Shown here: one piece after another, positions 12,135 to 24,204 of the stretch
Numbering within the stretch: the first letter of the stretch is position 1
Layout of the letters: each line of letters opens with the position of its first letter
Source of the DNA: Anthoceros angustus
Lineage: Eukaryota > Plantae > Anthocerotophyta
Direction: 5' to 3'
DNA: 64,000 nt
NCBI GenBank assembly: GCA_010909165.1
Contig: VJWM01000019.1
Coordinates: 558,001 to 622,000, forward strand
Notes under the pieces: model-generated
Database searches by the model: none
Told to the model about the DNA's origin: nothing
The model's input: only the letters and a program-made list of their open reading frames with translations
Translations under genes and position numbers: made by a program

Positions 12135-15100
12135 ATGAGCATGGTGCAACTGATGCAGGCCGCTGTTCCATCCACTGCGCGCTTTTCTTCTGTGGGCGTC
12201 CCGGCGTGGAGGTCGAGTTTGCCTCCTTTACCCAGAGGGCGAAAGCGGCCTGCTCTGGCATTAAGCTACTCCAGTGGAAATTCAACAGGTCGTTCAGTGG
12301 GGTGCAGCGGCAGAAGAGCTGAGCACGCTAGCTTAGGGAGCTTGCATGTTCAGGGTTTAGGTTCTCGGCAGGGATGGAGGTTTACATGTCATGAGCTCCC
12401 CAGGTTGCAGAGGAAATTACGTAGGCTGGTCCGTTACAGTAGGAATTGCTCTTATTCCTGTCAAGCTGCTAACAGCACAGACGGGCGGTGCGATGATATA
12501 CCCCCGGAGCCTGGCAGGCAGGACACAGATAGTCAACAGAATCACCACCATCTAGACCCGAAGTGGAGGCTCATTGGGAATTGCATCAGAGCTGCTTTTT
12601 TGATTTGGGGTGCAGCGTCTTGCGTCTCATGGGTTTCTGGAGCAGGACAGGCATGGGCGGGAGAGAGTGGTTCTGTTCTGATTCCACAAGTCGGACGCGT
12701 CATGGATTTCTGGGGTCGGTTCTGGCCCAAGACTCTCCAGGTTTTTGGGGTCTTCAGGGATCAAGGGGTGCTTCTCTCCGTTCTTCTCGGGTTATCTGCT
12801 TTCTTCTCCATGGCAGAGACATCTATAACCACGTTGTGGCCTTGGAAGGTGCACCTCTACATATCCCTGCTGTGAATGAATCAAATTGAGTGAGCTACCT
12901 CAGGATGTCTGCTTGTAAGCAGCGTCTTTGTTAAAAGTTTTCAGCGTCTCGGTGAGGAGTCCAGTTCTGCTGGTTGATCACGTGCTCTGACAGGTGCGTG
13001 AGCTGGCAGAAAGGGAACAGGAGGGTGGAGTTTTTCAGTTGTTGCGGAATGATGTGACACGGTTTCTTACAACTATTCTCATCGGCACAACGTACATCAT
13101 CTAACTTTGTAGACCTTTTTATAATCCGGCAGTCTAAGGTGCTGGCTGAAATGTCCCATGACGATTTCACAGTTTCTAATCTGGGACATCAAGTCCCCGT
13201 TGGGTTTCAGTACAATGCAAAGATCACGTTCTCATTATTATGCACACTGTGTCTTGTAGTGTGGCAAACATTGCTGCAACAGCTCTGGTAACAGATGCAG
13301 CCACTGCCTTATTTGGTGAGGCTGGCATCAGTGCAGCAACAGGAGTAATGACGGTGTGTCTGGGGTCTTCCAATCATGCATGCACAGTCTCTGTTTTTGC
13401 ATTTTGTTGCCCATGTCTCAGGTTTGTGGTTGTATTTTTTTTCTGTTCCTTAAGTTATGTCATCTGATAGCCTGGGTGCTTCATGGCCAGGTTGTCATCT
13501 TGCTTGTCACAGAAATTGCTCCCAAGAGCATTGCCGTACATAATGCAACAGAAGTGGCTCGGGTTGTGGTATGTCCATCGCCGTTGTCCGTTTGAGTTAT
13601 GTGTGTTTGAGGCACAGCAAAGCTTAATAGACTCTGCATTTGTTTGAACCGTGCTATGGCTATTGCTTCTAATTCTGCTAATCTGCTGTAGGTGCGACCA
13701 GTGGCCTGGTTGTCTCTCATCCTGTATCCAGTGGGGCGTGTTGTCACGGCTTTGTCCACCAACCTTCTCAAGTTTCTCGGTCTAAAGCATAGTGGGTATG
13801 TCACTAATCCTTGCATCATTGTGAACTGTTTATGTGCTCAGCAGGGAGCAGCATGTTCCAGGTATTGTGCACAATGAAGCCTAGATTTACGGTTTGTATA
13901 TGTTACAATGTTGTGCAGAGAGCCCTTTGTGAGTGAGGAGGAATTGAAGCTTATGTTACGAGGAGCAGAACTCAGTGGAGCAATTGAAGAGGAAGAGCAG
14001 GTAGTGAAGGGTGTGGAGTATTGCAAAATACTCAGTTGTCTTACTCTTCTCATCCTCTGCAATCTTGCAGATCTCTGTCAGGGTTTAGACAAGTGGAGTT
14101 AGATGAGCAGAACGATGAAAGCCAGAGGTCCTGGTCATGACGTTGCCATCCTTTCCCGTCTTGTCTGCACAGCCTTTTTTATGTATGATGCTATGTGCTG
14201 TGCAGGACATGATTGAGAATGTGCTGGAGATCAAAGATACTTATGTTCGAGAAGTAATGACACCATTGGTAGATGTGGTAGCAATTGATTCCGAAGCTAC
14301 TTTAATGGACTTCCGCCAGTTGTGGGTCACACACCAGTATTCGAGGTAAGCCCCTTTGGACGTATAAGCATGTGTTGTCAAAGCTTTCTTCGAAGCAATT
14401 GAAGTGTACTTAGAGCATTTGTGCCACTCCACGGCCTAGCAAGTCGTCATATCTAGATGAGGCAAACAATTGAAAGACTCAGACAATAATCAAATTATTA
14501 GATGCTCAGCTTTGACTGAAGTATGATGAAAGTTTACAGGGTTCCGGTTTTTGAGCGGCGTGTTGACAATATAGTAGGTATAGCTTATGCGATGGACATG
14601 CTAGATTATGTTGAACAGGTATGCCTCTAAGCCTGTAGATGCATGCCTTTGGCATTCAGCAGCGTTGCCCATCATCCTTTTTCTAAGTTGCAAAGACTAT
14701 CATGGTGTCATGCAGGTTGAACTCCTGCAAAGGTTGTCGGTTGGGCGCATTGCCCACAGGCCAGCGTATTTCGTGCCAGGTGAATACGGAAGAATGGTTG
14801 TCATTTGCTTGTTCTCATCCCTTGTTAATGAGTCCAACTTTAATGGGAGAACAGAACATCAAACTATGTTGTCAACTTTTTTCCAGATTCTATGTCTGTA
14901 TGGAACTTATTGCGCGAGTTTCGTATTCGCAAAGTTCACATGGCCATTGTACTAAACGAATATGGTGGTGCTGTTGGGGTATGTAACTGCAACTTTGAAG
15001 GCTCATCTCCCACCACTCTCCCCGGCTCCACCATTAATATGTTGTTCTGAAATCCTAGTTCAGTATTGACATCTTGTGCTGGTGCTCGATTCCACTTCAG

Positions 15101-16462
15101 GTGGTAACTTTGGAGGACGTAGTAGAAGAAATTGTGGGTGAGATATTTGATGAGAACGACTCAAAGGTACGCTGGATTATGGTCTTTATTGGAGGTTCAG
15201 GTTTGCAGCATTGAAGGGTTTCCGGGCCTGGATGACCTGATGCGCATGTCAATTCCTATCTTATCTTTTTTTACTTTCCAGGAGGAAATTCGGAAGAAAA
15301 CCGGTTACGTGATCCAGAGGGCTGATGGAATATTTGATGTTGATGCAAACACCTCAATAGAGGATCTAAAGGATGCCTTAGAAATCAAGGTCCCAGAGGT
15401 AAGTGGTGACCAGTTTTAGCCATCAATATTTGAAGGCCTTTCTTACGGTGCCACTTTGTGGTGCTCCCAACTGCTGACAACAGTTTGTTGGCCTTGCTTG
15501 ACCAGGGTCCATATCACTATGAGACGGTGTCTGGTTTTGTTTGCGAAGCTTTTGGGTATATTCCCCGCACAGGGGAAAGTATCCCAGTGGTTTTTGAGAA
15601 GGCTGATATCGAGGATGGCCCCGACAGGAGGGAAGGAGAGCAAGACCATCAAGATGATCGAAAAGAAAAATTCCAATGGTACAAACTTGAGGTAAATCTA
15701 AGTTGATACACAGATGTTGCTGTGTGCGAATGGGGAGTTCGTCCTATTTGCCTTGCGTTTTGCAGCCTTTCGTCCTAATTGCGTTTTGCGTGTGAGCAGA
15801 TTTTAGCAGGAAATGCTAGAAAGGTTGGGTCTGTACGGTTCGAGAGGGCAGAGGGGTCCCAGGCCAAGGAGACTGCGATGAATCGCAATCCCTCCCGAGG
15901 AGTGAAACGCGCATGGGAAGATCGGGACCCATCCTCAGCCAAGGACAAACGACTGAGCAAGGAGTGGGATGATGTTGGGTATGCTCTGGATCCACCCGAG
16001 ATCGAAGACGTGGAGGAAGTATGCATATTAGAGAGCAGTGACGATGAGCGAGAAGAATCTACAGTCAGACGACGCTATCTGATTGCTGAGAGTGTTGATG
16101 TGGTTGCACGTGAATCACCTTGTCTAGTAGCAGATGGGCTAACGGTTGTAGGTCAGCAAGACTGGCAAATAGATTCCTTGGCACAGCAGAAGAGAGAACA
16201 AGGTTTCGAGACAGACGATGAGGTCGAGACAAGCACTGCCACTGCAATGGGCACATTGTGTGAAAAGTGGGAAGAGCAGGAGCGGCAGGTTGAACGACGG
16301 CGGCAAAGAAGGCGAAAACAGTCTGCTGAGGCAACTGTGGAGTTGAACAGGCAAAGGAAGGTTGATGTGAGGCGCCGGGAATCGGACATGGCAACCACCA
16401 TGTATCGCATGCGGGGTGGTAGAGACGATTCTGATGCTGCAAAGCAGCATGATCCGAGGTAG
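12135..16462 (+). CDS. Plastid DUF21(CNNM)-CBS-CorC magnesium transporter (MGR8/MGR9-like), multi-exon, with a long C-terminal extension
   Basis: Transit-peptide-like N-terminus; LLGLSAFFSMAETSITTLWPWK; EILPK-like EIAPKSIAVHNA; EPFVSEEELKLML; VREVMTPLVDVVAID; YETVSGFVCEAFGYIP; ILAGNARKVGSVRFER. GT-AG introns. Confidence 0.9.
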
Positions 16463-18333
16463 TAGCCAGTCTTGGCCTTCAGAAGTTTCTGGGCTGCTCC
16501 ACAATGCTTCTCGAATGAAACTGTCTGAACCAGAACAGCTCAGGAGCCAATCATTCTTTTTGGGGGTCTTGTATATTGTTCGTCTACTTGTAACATTAAA
16601 TACCAACAATAATGTCAGTGTTGTCCTTCCGGACCGCATGACCTATCTTCGTCCTTCGTCCTTGTTTTGTTGGATTTCCACTTTTGCTTTTGATCTGCGA
16701 TTTCATCACCTTGGTACCCGCACGTGTTCTGGCATTCAAGCAAGAGATGTAGGGCCGCTTTCCTGGGCCAGTGCTTAGGTGGTAACCGAGGCTGCTTTTA
16801 CACTAAGCAGTGGTACAGACCCACGTCGTCCAGGCGTGGCGCGACTTTCGCTAACGGCCAGCCGGGCGCGCACAATCCCGTGTCGTTATAGTAAGGGGGC
16901 CTAGAGTCTGTTATAACCACATCAGCAACAAAGACCTAGTCCCCCAAGTCAAAAATAGGTCAGCATTCAGAGAGATGTCGTTGAGCAAAGTATGTCGGTG
17001 CTCCCGGAAAGAAACGAAACCGCTCTCCTTGGCTATCGAGAACATGACATCATGAAGAGGACTAGTGTGAAAGAGGGTAAGAGAGCTCCGTAATTTACGG
17101 GCGGAGCTGTGAGCGGTGTTGCACCGGTACGAGCACCTATGGTGTTCGAGAGCCTCCCTCGACGAGCTCGATGTCGGTACCCTCAAGAGGTGGGGGCTAT
17201 GGGGATGCATGTATGCCAATAGGAGACAAACCGAAGGTGGGACTGGTGGCAGGTGGCTTTCGATCCGAACACAATGCGAGATGGTGTTGCGTGGGTTAAC
17301 CCCTAAAGGATGAAGCTCATTTTCTGGTTTTTGAGCTGAATTTGCAGAGTTGCATCCCCTTATAGCATACGAAAAAGGACAGACCCTCATATGCACCTGC
17401 CACAAATTTGCAATGTCTAGGGAGCCTTCATGGCCAAGGGGCCATGGGAGAGCACCTTCATATAGGCAAAGAAATTGGCAAAGCAGCTCGTTGAGCAAAC
17501 TTTATTATGGATGTATGCATGGACATCCTCTCAAAAAATCAGCACAAACGGAGGTCGGGCACATGCTCTTCAGAATTTCTGAGCGGACAATTTGGCCATT
17601 ATAACCACTACCAACTGTCCTCCCACCTAACTACCGCCCATTACAGAAAGCAAAATGGAAACCCTTGGAGTCGGTGACCTAGTGCGTGGATATTCCTTGG
17701 ATATGCGGTGTAACCAAGATGGGATCGCGACATCCACCGGGTCATCGGGTCACTGAGCGGGCTACGAGGAGGGGGGACCGCCTCAAGAAGTACGTGGAAG
17801 GGGTCGTTGTGATAGCATGGGCCATCTGCTGGCATGGAGTCTAGTCTTGTTCCACGCGGGAATCTAGCCTAGTAGCAAATCATTGGGTATGGAGTTGGTG
17901 TCCGTTTTTTCTGTTCTATAAATCTACACGATCTCTTCATTGTTGGGCATATATGTGCAAAGGTCCGAGCTGAAGAATGTCTAACGAAACGCACCGCCAA
18001 CCATTCAATTTAAGTAGATTCGTCCTTTAGGGGTTAAATTGGGGCCTTGTGTGGCGCTACTTTTGCTGATGGCCAGCCGGGCGTGCACCAAACCCGTGTT
18101 GTTGCAATATGGGGTCCGTTCCCAAGGGAATGACTGTGTCTGCCCTGGAAGAGCAAGGTCCCAAGTCCTCCGCACCTGCACTCACCACCACACATTTAGG
18201 GTCCATCATCAGGACCTGGATCAATCTCTCCGGAGAAGTCTACCCGCTCAGTGACTCGGGACTCGCGTTAGTGCTGGACACACAAGGGCATGCAAATGTA
18301 ACGCGGCATCAACCCCAAAAGAAAGATCGCTTT

Positions 18334-19155
18334 ACTAAACATGTGGATGTGGAGTATCACTTCATTCGAGAGGTGTTGGACGACAAGAGGGTACAACTTG
18401 TCAAGGTTCACACCAGCCAGAACCCTGCAGATATTCTTACTAAGGGACTCTCTACGGAGCAATTTGCACAAGCTCGGACACTGATGGGCATGAGGTAGTC
18501 CATTCTTCTACGAAGGTAAATTGGCCCACTTAATACGCATATTAAAGCCCAATGTACTTAGACTAATACGCTTAGTCTAAGTTAGGTGTCAGTTAAGTAT
18601 CATTAGTTTAGCTAAAGCTAATCACTAGGAAGCTTCTTGTGCTCTTTCCTAGGGGCTTCTTGTGGACCTTCCTAGGGAGCCTATTTGGAGGTATAAAATA
18701 CCCCAGAGCCCTCATCTCAATCAGAGAGAGATACATTTGCTTCTTCCTCTCCTCTCCTCTTTCCACCATTATGGGCTGCCACACGATCCTTCAAGGACAT
18801 GGTATGCGCCATGCTTTCCATGAAAGCTAGCTTTTTGCCTCTATATCCTTCACCGCCTCTAGTGTTTGACTCCTTGTTGGTTCAAGTTGTAAATGTGCTC
18901 CATTGCCTTCCACCACCGTGTGTTCATTTCCTTGCTGCACCTGATGCTTCAACGTGGTCTAATACTGTAACATCTGAGCTGTTCTCATTACTAGATTTCA
19001 AACTTGCAAGACCGAAACGAGGGTGGGCATCTCTTGTGCCCGTGGTGTTCATTTCCTTCACTGATGCTTCAACGTGGTCTAATACTGTAACATCTGAGCT
19101 GTTCTCATTACTAGATTTCAAACTTGCAAGACCGAAACGAGGGTGGGCATCTCTT
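18334..19155 (+). mobile_element. Copia RNase H end plus 3' LTR; inverted copy of about 23170-23885
   Basis: KHVDVEYHFIREVLDDKRVQLVKVHT...ADILTKGL, followed by LTR sequence near-identical to the reverse complement of 23190-23640. Confidence 0.85.
18915..19155. repeat. 120-bp direct duplication at the LTR end
   Basis: CTGATGCTTCAACGTGG...GAGGGTGGGCATCTCT starts at 18941 and again at 19061. Confidence 0.9.
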
Positions 19156-19479
19156 CGCTGCCCGTAATTGTCAGAGGCCTGCATGGCTTACTCTAGCCTT
19201 ACGCTGCCGCCCGCGTGCCTCTCGCCTTCTGTGGCCGACGGGCGTGAATACCGCCATAACGCCATTGGCAACCCTACGGCCCTGGCCTGCTGCATGCCTG
19301 CCCTCCTCTTAGCACCGTCCACGTGGCCCCTCTTGCCAAAATACGCTCCCCGTTCTAAGTTTCCTTTCCGGCGTGCTTAGCGCGTCTTACTCCGGAGTGC
19401 CGCCCGGACTCACCGCGATCTACCCCAGAGTGCGGTCCGCAGACACTCGTCCCCTCTGCGGGTGGTCCGAAGTCCCCTG

Positions 19480-19848
19480 CTACTCCAGAGTGAGGTCCGA
19501 AGTCCCCCGTCTACTCCGGAGTGAGGTCCGGAGTCCCCCGTCTACTCCGGAGTGAGGTCCGGAGTCTTCTGCCTACTCCGGAGCGAGGTCCGGAGTCAGT
19601 TGCCTACTCTGGAGTGAGGTCCGGAGTCATTTGCCTACTCCGGAGTGAGGTCCGGAGTCATTTGCCTACTCCCGAGTGAGGTCAGGAGTCCCCCGTGTAC
19701 TCCGGAGTGAGGTCCGAAGTTTTCTGCCTACTCCGGAGCGAGGTCCGGAGTCAGTTGCCTACTCTGGAGCGAGGTTCGGAGTCATTTGCCTATTCCGGAG
19801 TGAGGTCCGGAGTCATTTGCCTACTCCCGAGTGAGGTCCAGAGTCATT
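19480..19848. repeat. 31-bp minisatellite, about 12 copies (probably retrotransposon UTR-derived)
   Basis: CTACTCCGGAGTGAGGTCCGGAGTC.. recurs with a 31-nt period from 19480 to 19821. Confidence 0.92.
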
Positions 19849-20378
19849 TTATTACTCATCCTGGCCTTATTCCCTGCCTTATTTCTCACTCCACACCAAA
19901 AAAAAGCAAAACTAACCCTTTATCTTCCTACTAGGGAGAGTCTACGGTCCACACTCCTCATTGCGTTTGATGAGAGGTGACTCATTGACTCTTGGGTTGA
20001 TGAACGATCCCACAGAAGATGGAAGAAGATTGTGGCTCTTGATTAGCAGAAGACACTTTGGACAAGAGGAAAGCCACCTTCAAGACCCAAGCGTTTTTCA
20101 CATATTGAACCAGGATCTTGTCACATTGTGGTGCATAATGTATACTTGGAAATCTTGTCCACCTTGTCATAGTTAATATATACTTGAAAATCCCGTCTAC
20201 CTTGTCGTGCATAATGTATACTCAGAAATCCTTGCTTTGCTACAACCTTGTCAAAATTGTGGCTTGACAAGGTCATAGCAGGGCAGGACATCCAAGTATG
20301 CATCATGTACGACAAGATGGATGGGGGTTAATAATGAGTAAACAAGTTTGGGAGTGAATTGCACGAGAGTGAATTGAA

Positions 20379-20578
20379 TGTTTATCCCTGGTTCAAAATA
20401 GTGTACAGGAGCAATACATATATAGCCTTTAGAGTTGGCATCATCTCGATAGCTATAAAACCTATCACGATCTACAAAGTGTTTTATATACCAAAATGCT
20501 TCTATGACTTGTTTTCTTAACTCTAATACCTATGAGATTTGTTGTTAACAATTTAATAGATTTCTAACACTCCCACTC
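20379..20578 (-). mobile_element. Short LTR-like segment (about 190 bp) with upstream polypurine tract
   Basis: Minus strand GAGTGGGAG|TGTTAG...GGGATAAACA, with an internal TATATAA. Confidence 0.4.
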
Positions 20579-21183
20579 AACACATCAGGCCCCGTTTCCA
20601 CTTGTTATGTACCACCGAAATAGCTCGTTATGATTGCTTTAACTCTTTGAACCCGTTTTCCATTTGGTTTGTATCACCGGAATGCCTTGTATAGGTAGCG
20701 CAGACATGGACGGGACAAATGTGTCAGGTATGTACCTGCGCCAAGCGCAGGTACAACCCTATTTTTTCGGAGGGAGCGACGTGGTCCAATCACTCTGTAT
20801 GATATTTACTTATTTTATTTCGATTCGTGTTTTCACCCAGAGCCTCCGTGACCGAGCCAAGATATTCGCCTTCCACTTTCGCTTCCGTGAGAAGCCCTGC
20901 GCACTCGAGATAAAACTTGGCCATGGTGATGGCACCTCTTTCTCCAGGTGCATCTTTTCTTGATTTTCTTAGACATCCTCATCTACTTAATCTGAGTGCA
21001 TCGTTGCCATTACCTACGTATGGGTTTCAACAAGCCCCTTGTCAAGGACTGCACCCACCACATGTGCCTCGAACTAGTTTCTCTATAATCCATCCCATGA
21101 GTTCTCCTCATACGCCATTTGTGCCTACTTTTGGCACCTATGCTGCAGGGGTGCCCTTGTATACCTCTCACGAAGTTGGCCCA

Positions 21184-23195
21184 CCATAAGACCATCCTCA
21201 ATCCGCTTCGCAGTAGCCAAGTTCTTCTAAAACAAGAAGAAAGCGAATAAGTAAAGAAGACACTGGAGCTCCCAAGGACGAGAGCAACAAGAGCCGCAGC
21301 TGCAACTAGAAAGATCATAATCTGGACAATCAACCTAATACACATTCGAGGTACGATGCACCCAAAGTTCCCGAGGCAACCCAAAGCAAAGTAGGTACAA
21401 GTTGGTGCTAATAGCTTTCCGCCCTACGTTAGTGCTCAAGCTAAGTGATTCAGTCTTCCTCACAGTGATTTAGTCTTCATCGCATTGATTCAAACATCCT
21501 CACATTGATTCAGTCATCCTTGAAGTGATTACAAGATAGAATATAATTGTCTTTACGGTTTTCCGCCACTACGTTGGTACTCGAGGCAATTAAGTAAGGG
21601 CATATTGTGATTGTCAAATTACTTGGGCATGCCCCGACTTCAACAAGGACGCGCAAGTATGCCACCAGAAATGGAAGGGCGTATTCAATGATTACAAGAT
21701 AGATTGCTTACAAAATGTGTCCGGAGGTGCAACCTAAATTAAGTGTCAATGTTTTGAGATTGTTGACATGTACATGCATGATAGGCCACATGTTCAATGT
21801 GAGGCCCATGCAGATTCCAGTGATGCAGGTCTTGCAAGTTTGAGATCTAGTAATGAGAATAAATATTCACGGTTGGCCCACCATAAGACCATCCTCAACT
21901 CAAGAAGGCAAGTTCTTCTAAAACAAGAAGAAAGCGAATAAGTAAAGAAGACACTGGAGCTCCCAAGGACGAGAGCAACAAGAGCCGCAAATGCAACTAG
22001 AAAGATCATAACTGGACAATCAACCTAATACACATTCGAGGTAATGATGCACCCAAAGTTCGAGGCAACCCAAAGCAAAGTTGCTAATAGCTTTCCGCCC
22101 TACGTTAGTGCTCAAGCTAAGTGATTCGCCTCACGTTGATTTAGTCTTCATCGCATTGATTCAAACATCCTCACATTGATTCACCATCCTTGAAGTGATT
22201 ACAAGATAGAATATAATTGTCTTTACGGTTTTCCGCCACTACGTTGGTACTCGAGGCAATTAAGTAAGGGCATATTGTGATTGTCAAATTACTTGGGCAT
22301 GCCCGACTTCAACAAGGACGCAAGTATGCCACCGTAAATGGAAGGCGATTCAATGATTACAAGATAGATTGCTTACAAATGTGTCCTGAGGTGCAACCTA
22401 AATTAAGTGTCAATGTTTTGAGATTGTTGACATGTACATGCATGATAGGCCACATGTTCAATGTGAGGCCCATGCAGATTCCGATGATGCAGTGTCTTGC
22501 AAGTTTGAGATCTAGTAATGAGAATAAATATTCACGGTTGGCCCACCATAAGACCATCCTCAACTCAAGAAGGCAAGTTCTTCTAAAACAAGAAGAAAGC
22601 GAATAAGTAAAGAAGACACTGGAGCTCCCAAGGACGAGAGCAACAAGAGCCGCAAATGCAACTAGAAAGATCATAACTGGACAATCAACCTAATACACAT
22701 TCGAGGTAATGATGCACCCAAAGTTCGAGGCAACCCAAAGCAAAGTTGCTAATAGCTTTCCGCCCTACGTTAGTGCTCAAGCTAAGTGATTCGCCTTCCT
22801 CACGTTGATTTAGTCTTCATCGCATTGATTCAAACATCCTCACATTGATTCAGTCATCCTTGAAGTGATTACAAGATAGAATATAATTGTCTTTACGGTT
22901 TTCCGCCACTACGTTGGTACTCGAGGCAATTAAGTAAGGGCATATTGTGATTGTCAAATTACTTGGGCATGCCCGACTTCAACAAGGACGCAAGTATGCC
23001 ACCGTAAATGGAAGGCGATTCAATGATTACAAGATAGATTGCTTACAAAATGTGTCCGGAGGTGCAACCTAAATTAAGTGTCAATGTTTTGAGATTGTTG
23101 ACATGTACATGCATGATAGGCCACATGTTCAATGTGAGGCCCATGCAGATTCCAGTGATGCAGGTCTTGCAAGTTTGAGATCTAGTAATGAGAAC
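21184..23195. repeat. About 665-bp tandem array x3, each unit ending in a piece of the adjacent Copia LTR end
   Basis: CCATAAGACCATCCTCAA starts at 21184, 21881 and 22546. Units are near-identical apart from small indels and each carries CTTGCAAGTTTGAGATCTAGTAATGAGAA. Confidence 0.92.
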
Positions 23196-23649
23196 AGCTC
23201 AGATGTTACAGTGTTAGACCACGTTGAAGCATCAGGTGCAGCAAGGAAATGAACACACGGTGGTGGAAGGCAATGGAGCACATTTACAACTTGAACCAAC
23301 AAGGAGCTGAAACACTAGAGACAGTGAAGGATATAGAGGCAAAAGCTAGCTTTCATGGAAAGCATGGCGCATACCATGTCCTTGAAGGATCGTGGCACCA
23401 TAATGGTGGAAAGAGGAGAGGAGAGGAAGAAGCAAATGTATCTCTCTCTCATTGAGATGAGGGCTTTGGGGGTATTTTATACCCTCCAGCAGGGCTCCCT
23501 AGGAAGCTCCACAAGAAGCCCCTAAGAAAGAGCACAAGAAGCTTCCTAGTGATTAGCTTTAGCTAAACTAATAATACTTAACTGACACCTAACTTAGACT
23601 AAGCGTATTAGTCTAAGTACATTGGGCTTTAATACGCGTATTAAGTGGG

Positions 23650-23699
23650 CTTTAAGTGGGAGGTTGTAAGGGTATACCCTTACAACCTCCCACTTAAAG
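23650..23699. repeat. Perfect 50-bp palindrome at the Copia PPT/LTR junction
   Basis: CTTTAAGTGGGAGGTTGTAAGGGTA|TACCCTTACAACCTCCCACTTAAAG. Confidence 0.95.
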
Positions 23700-24204
23700 A
23701 CCAATTTACCTTCGTAGAAGAATGGACTACCTCATGCCCATCAGTGTCCGAGCTTGTGCAAATTGCTCGTAGAGAGTCCCTTAGTAAGAATATCTCAGGT
23801 TCTGGTGTGAACCTTGACAAGTTGTACCCTCTTGTCGTCCAACACCTCTCGAATGAAGTGATACTTCACATCCACATGTTTAGTCTTCGCATGAAACACT
23901 GGATTCTTTGCCAATTGGATAGCACTCTGGCTATCACAATGCAACAGTGGCAGCTCAACCTTGATTCCCAAGTCTCCCACTAAACGAGCAAGCTATATGG
24001 CTTCCTTGCAAGCCTTAGTTGCTGCAACATACTCGGCCTCTGTGGTAGATAGCGTAATGCACGATTGCAAACGAGATCGCCATGAGACTGCCCCTCCAGT
24101 GCACATGAAGACATAACCTGATGTGGACCTCCTTTTGTCCATATCCCCTGCATATTCAGCATCTGTGTACCCAACCACACATGCATCTTCACTACCAAAA
24201 CATA

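Noticed and set aside
16500-18100. Several 60-195-aa ORFs between the Mg transporter and the Copia copy
   Set aside because: No recognisable domains, splice pattern or TE termini; left unannotated.
21010-22674. Repeated hydrophobic ORFs (MIFLVAFAALVALVLG...) resembling secreted peptides
   Set aside because: Antisense translation of a purine-rich tandem array unit; frames differ between copies because of indels.
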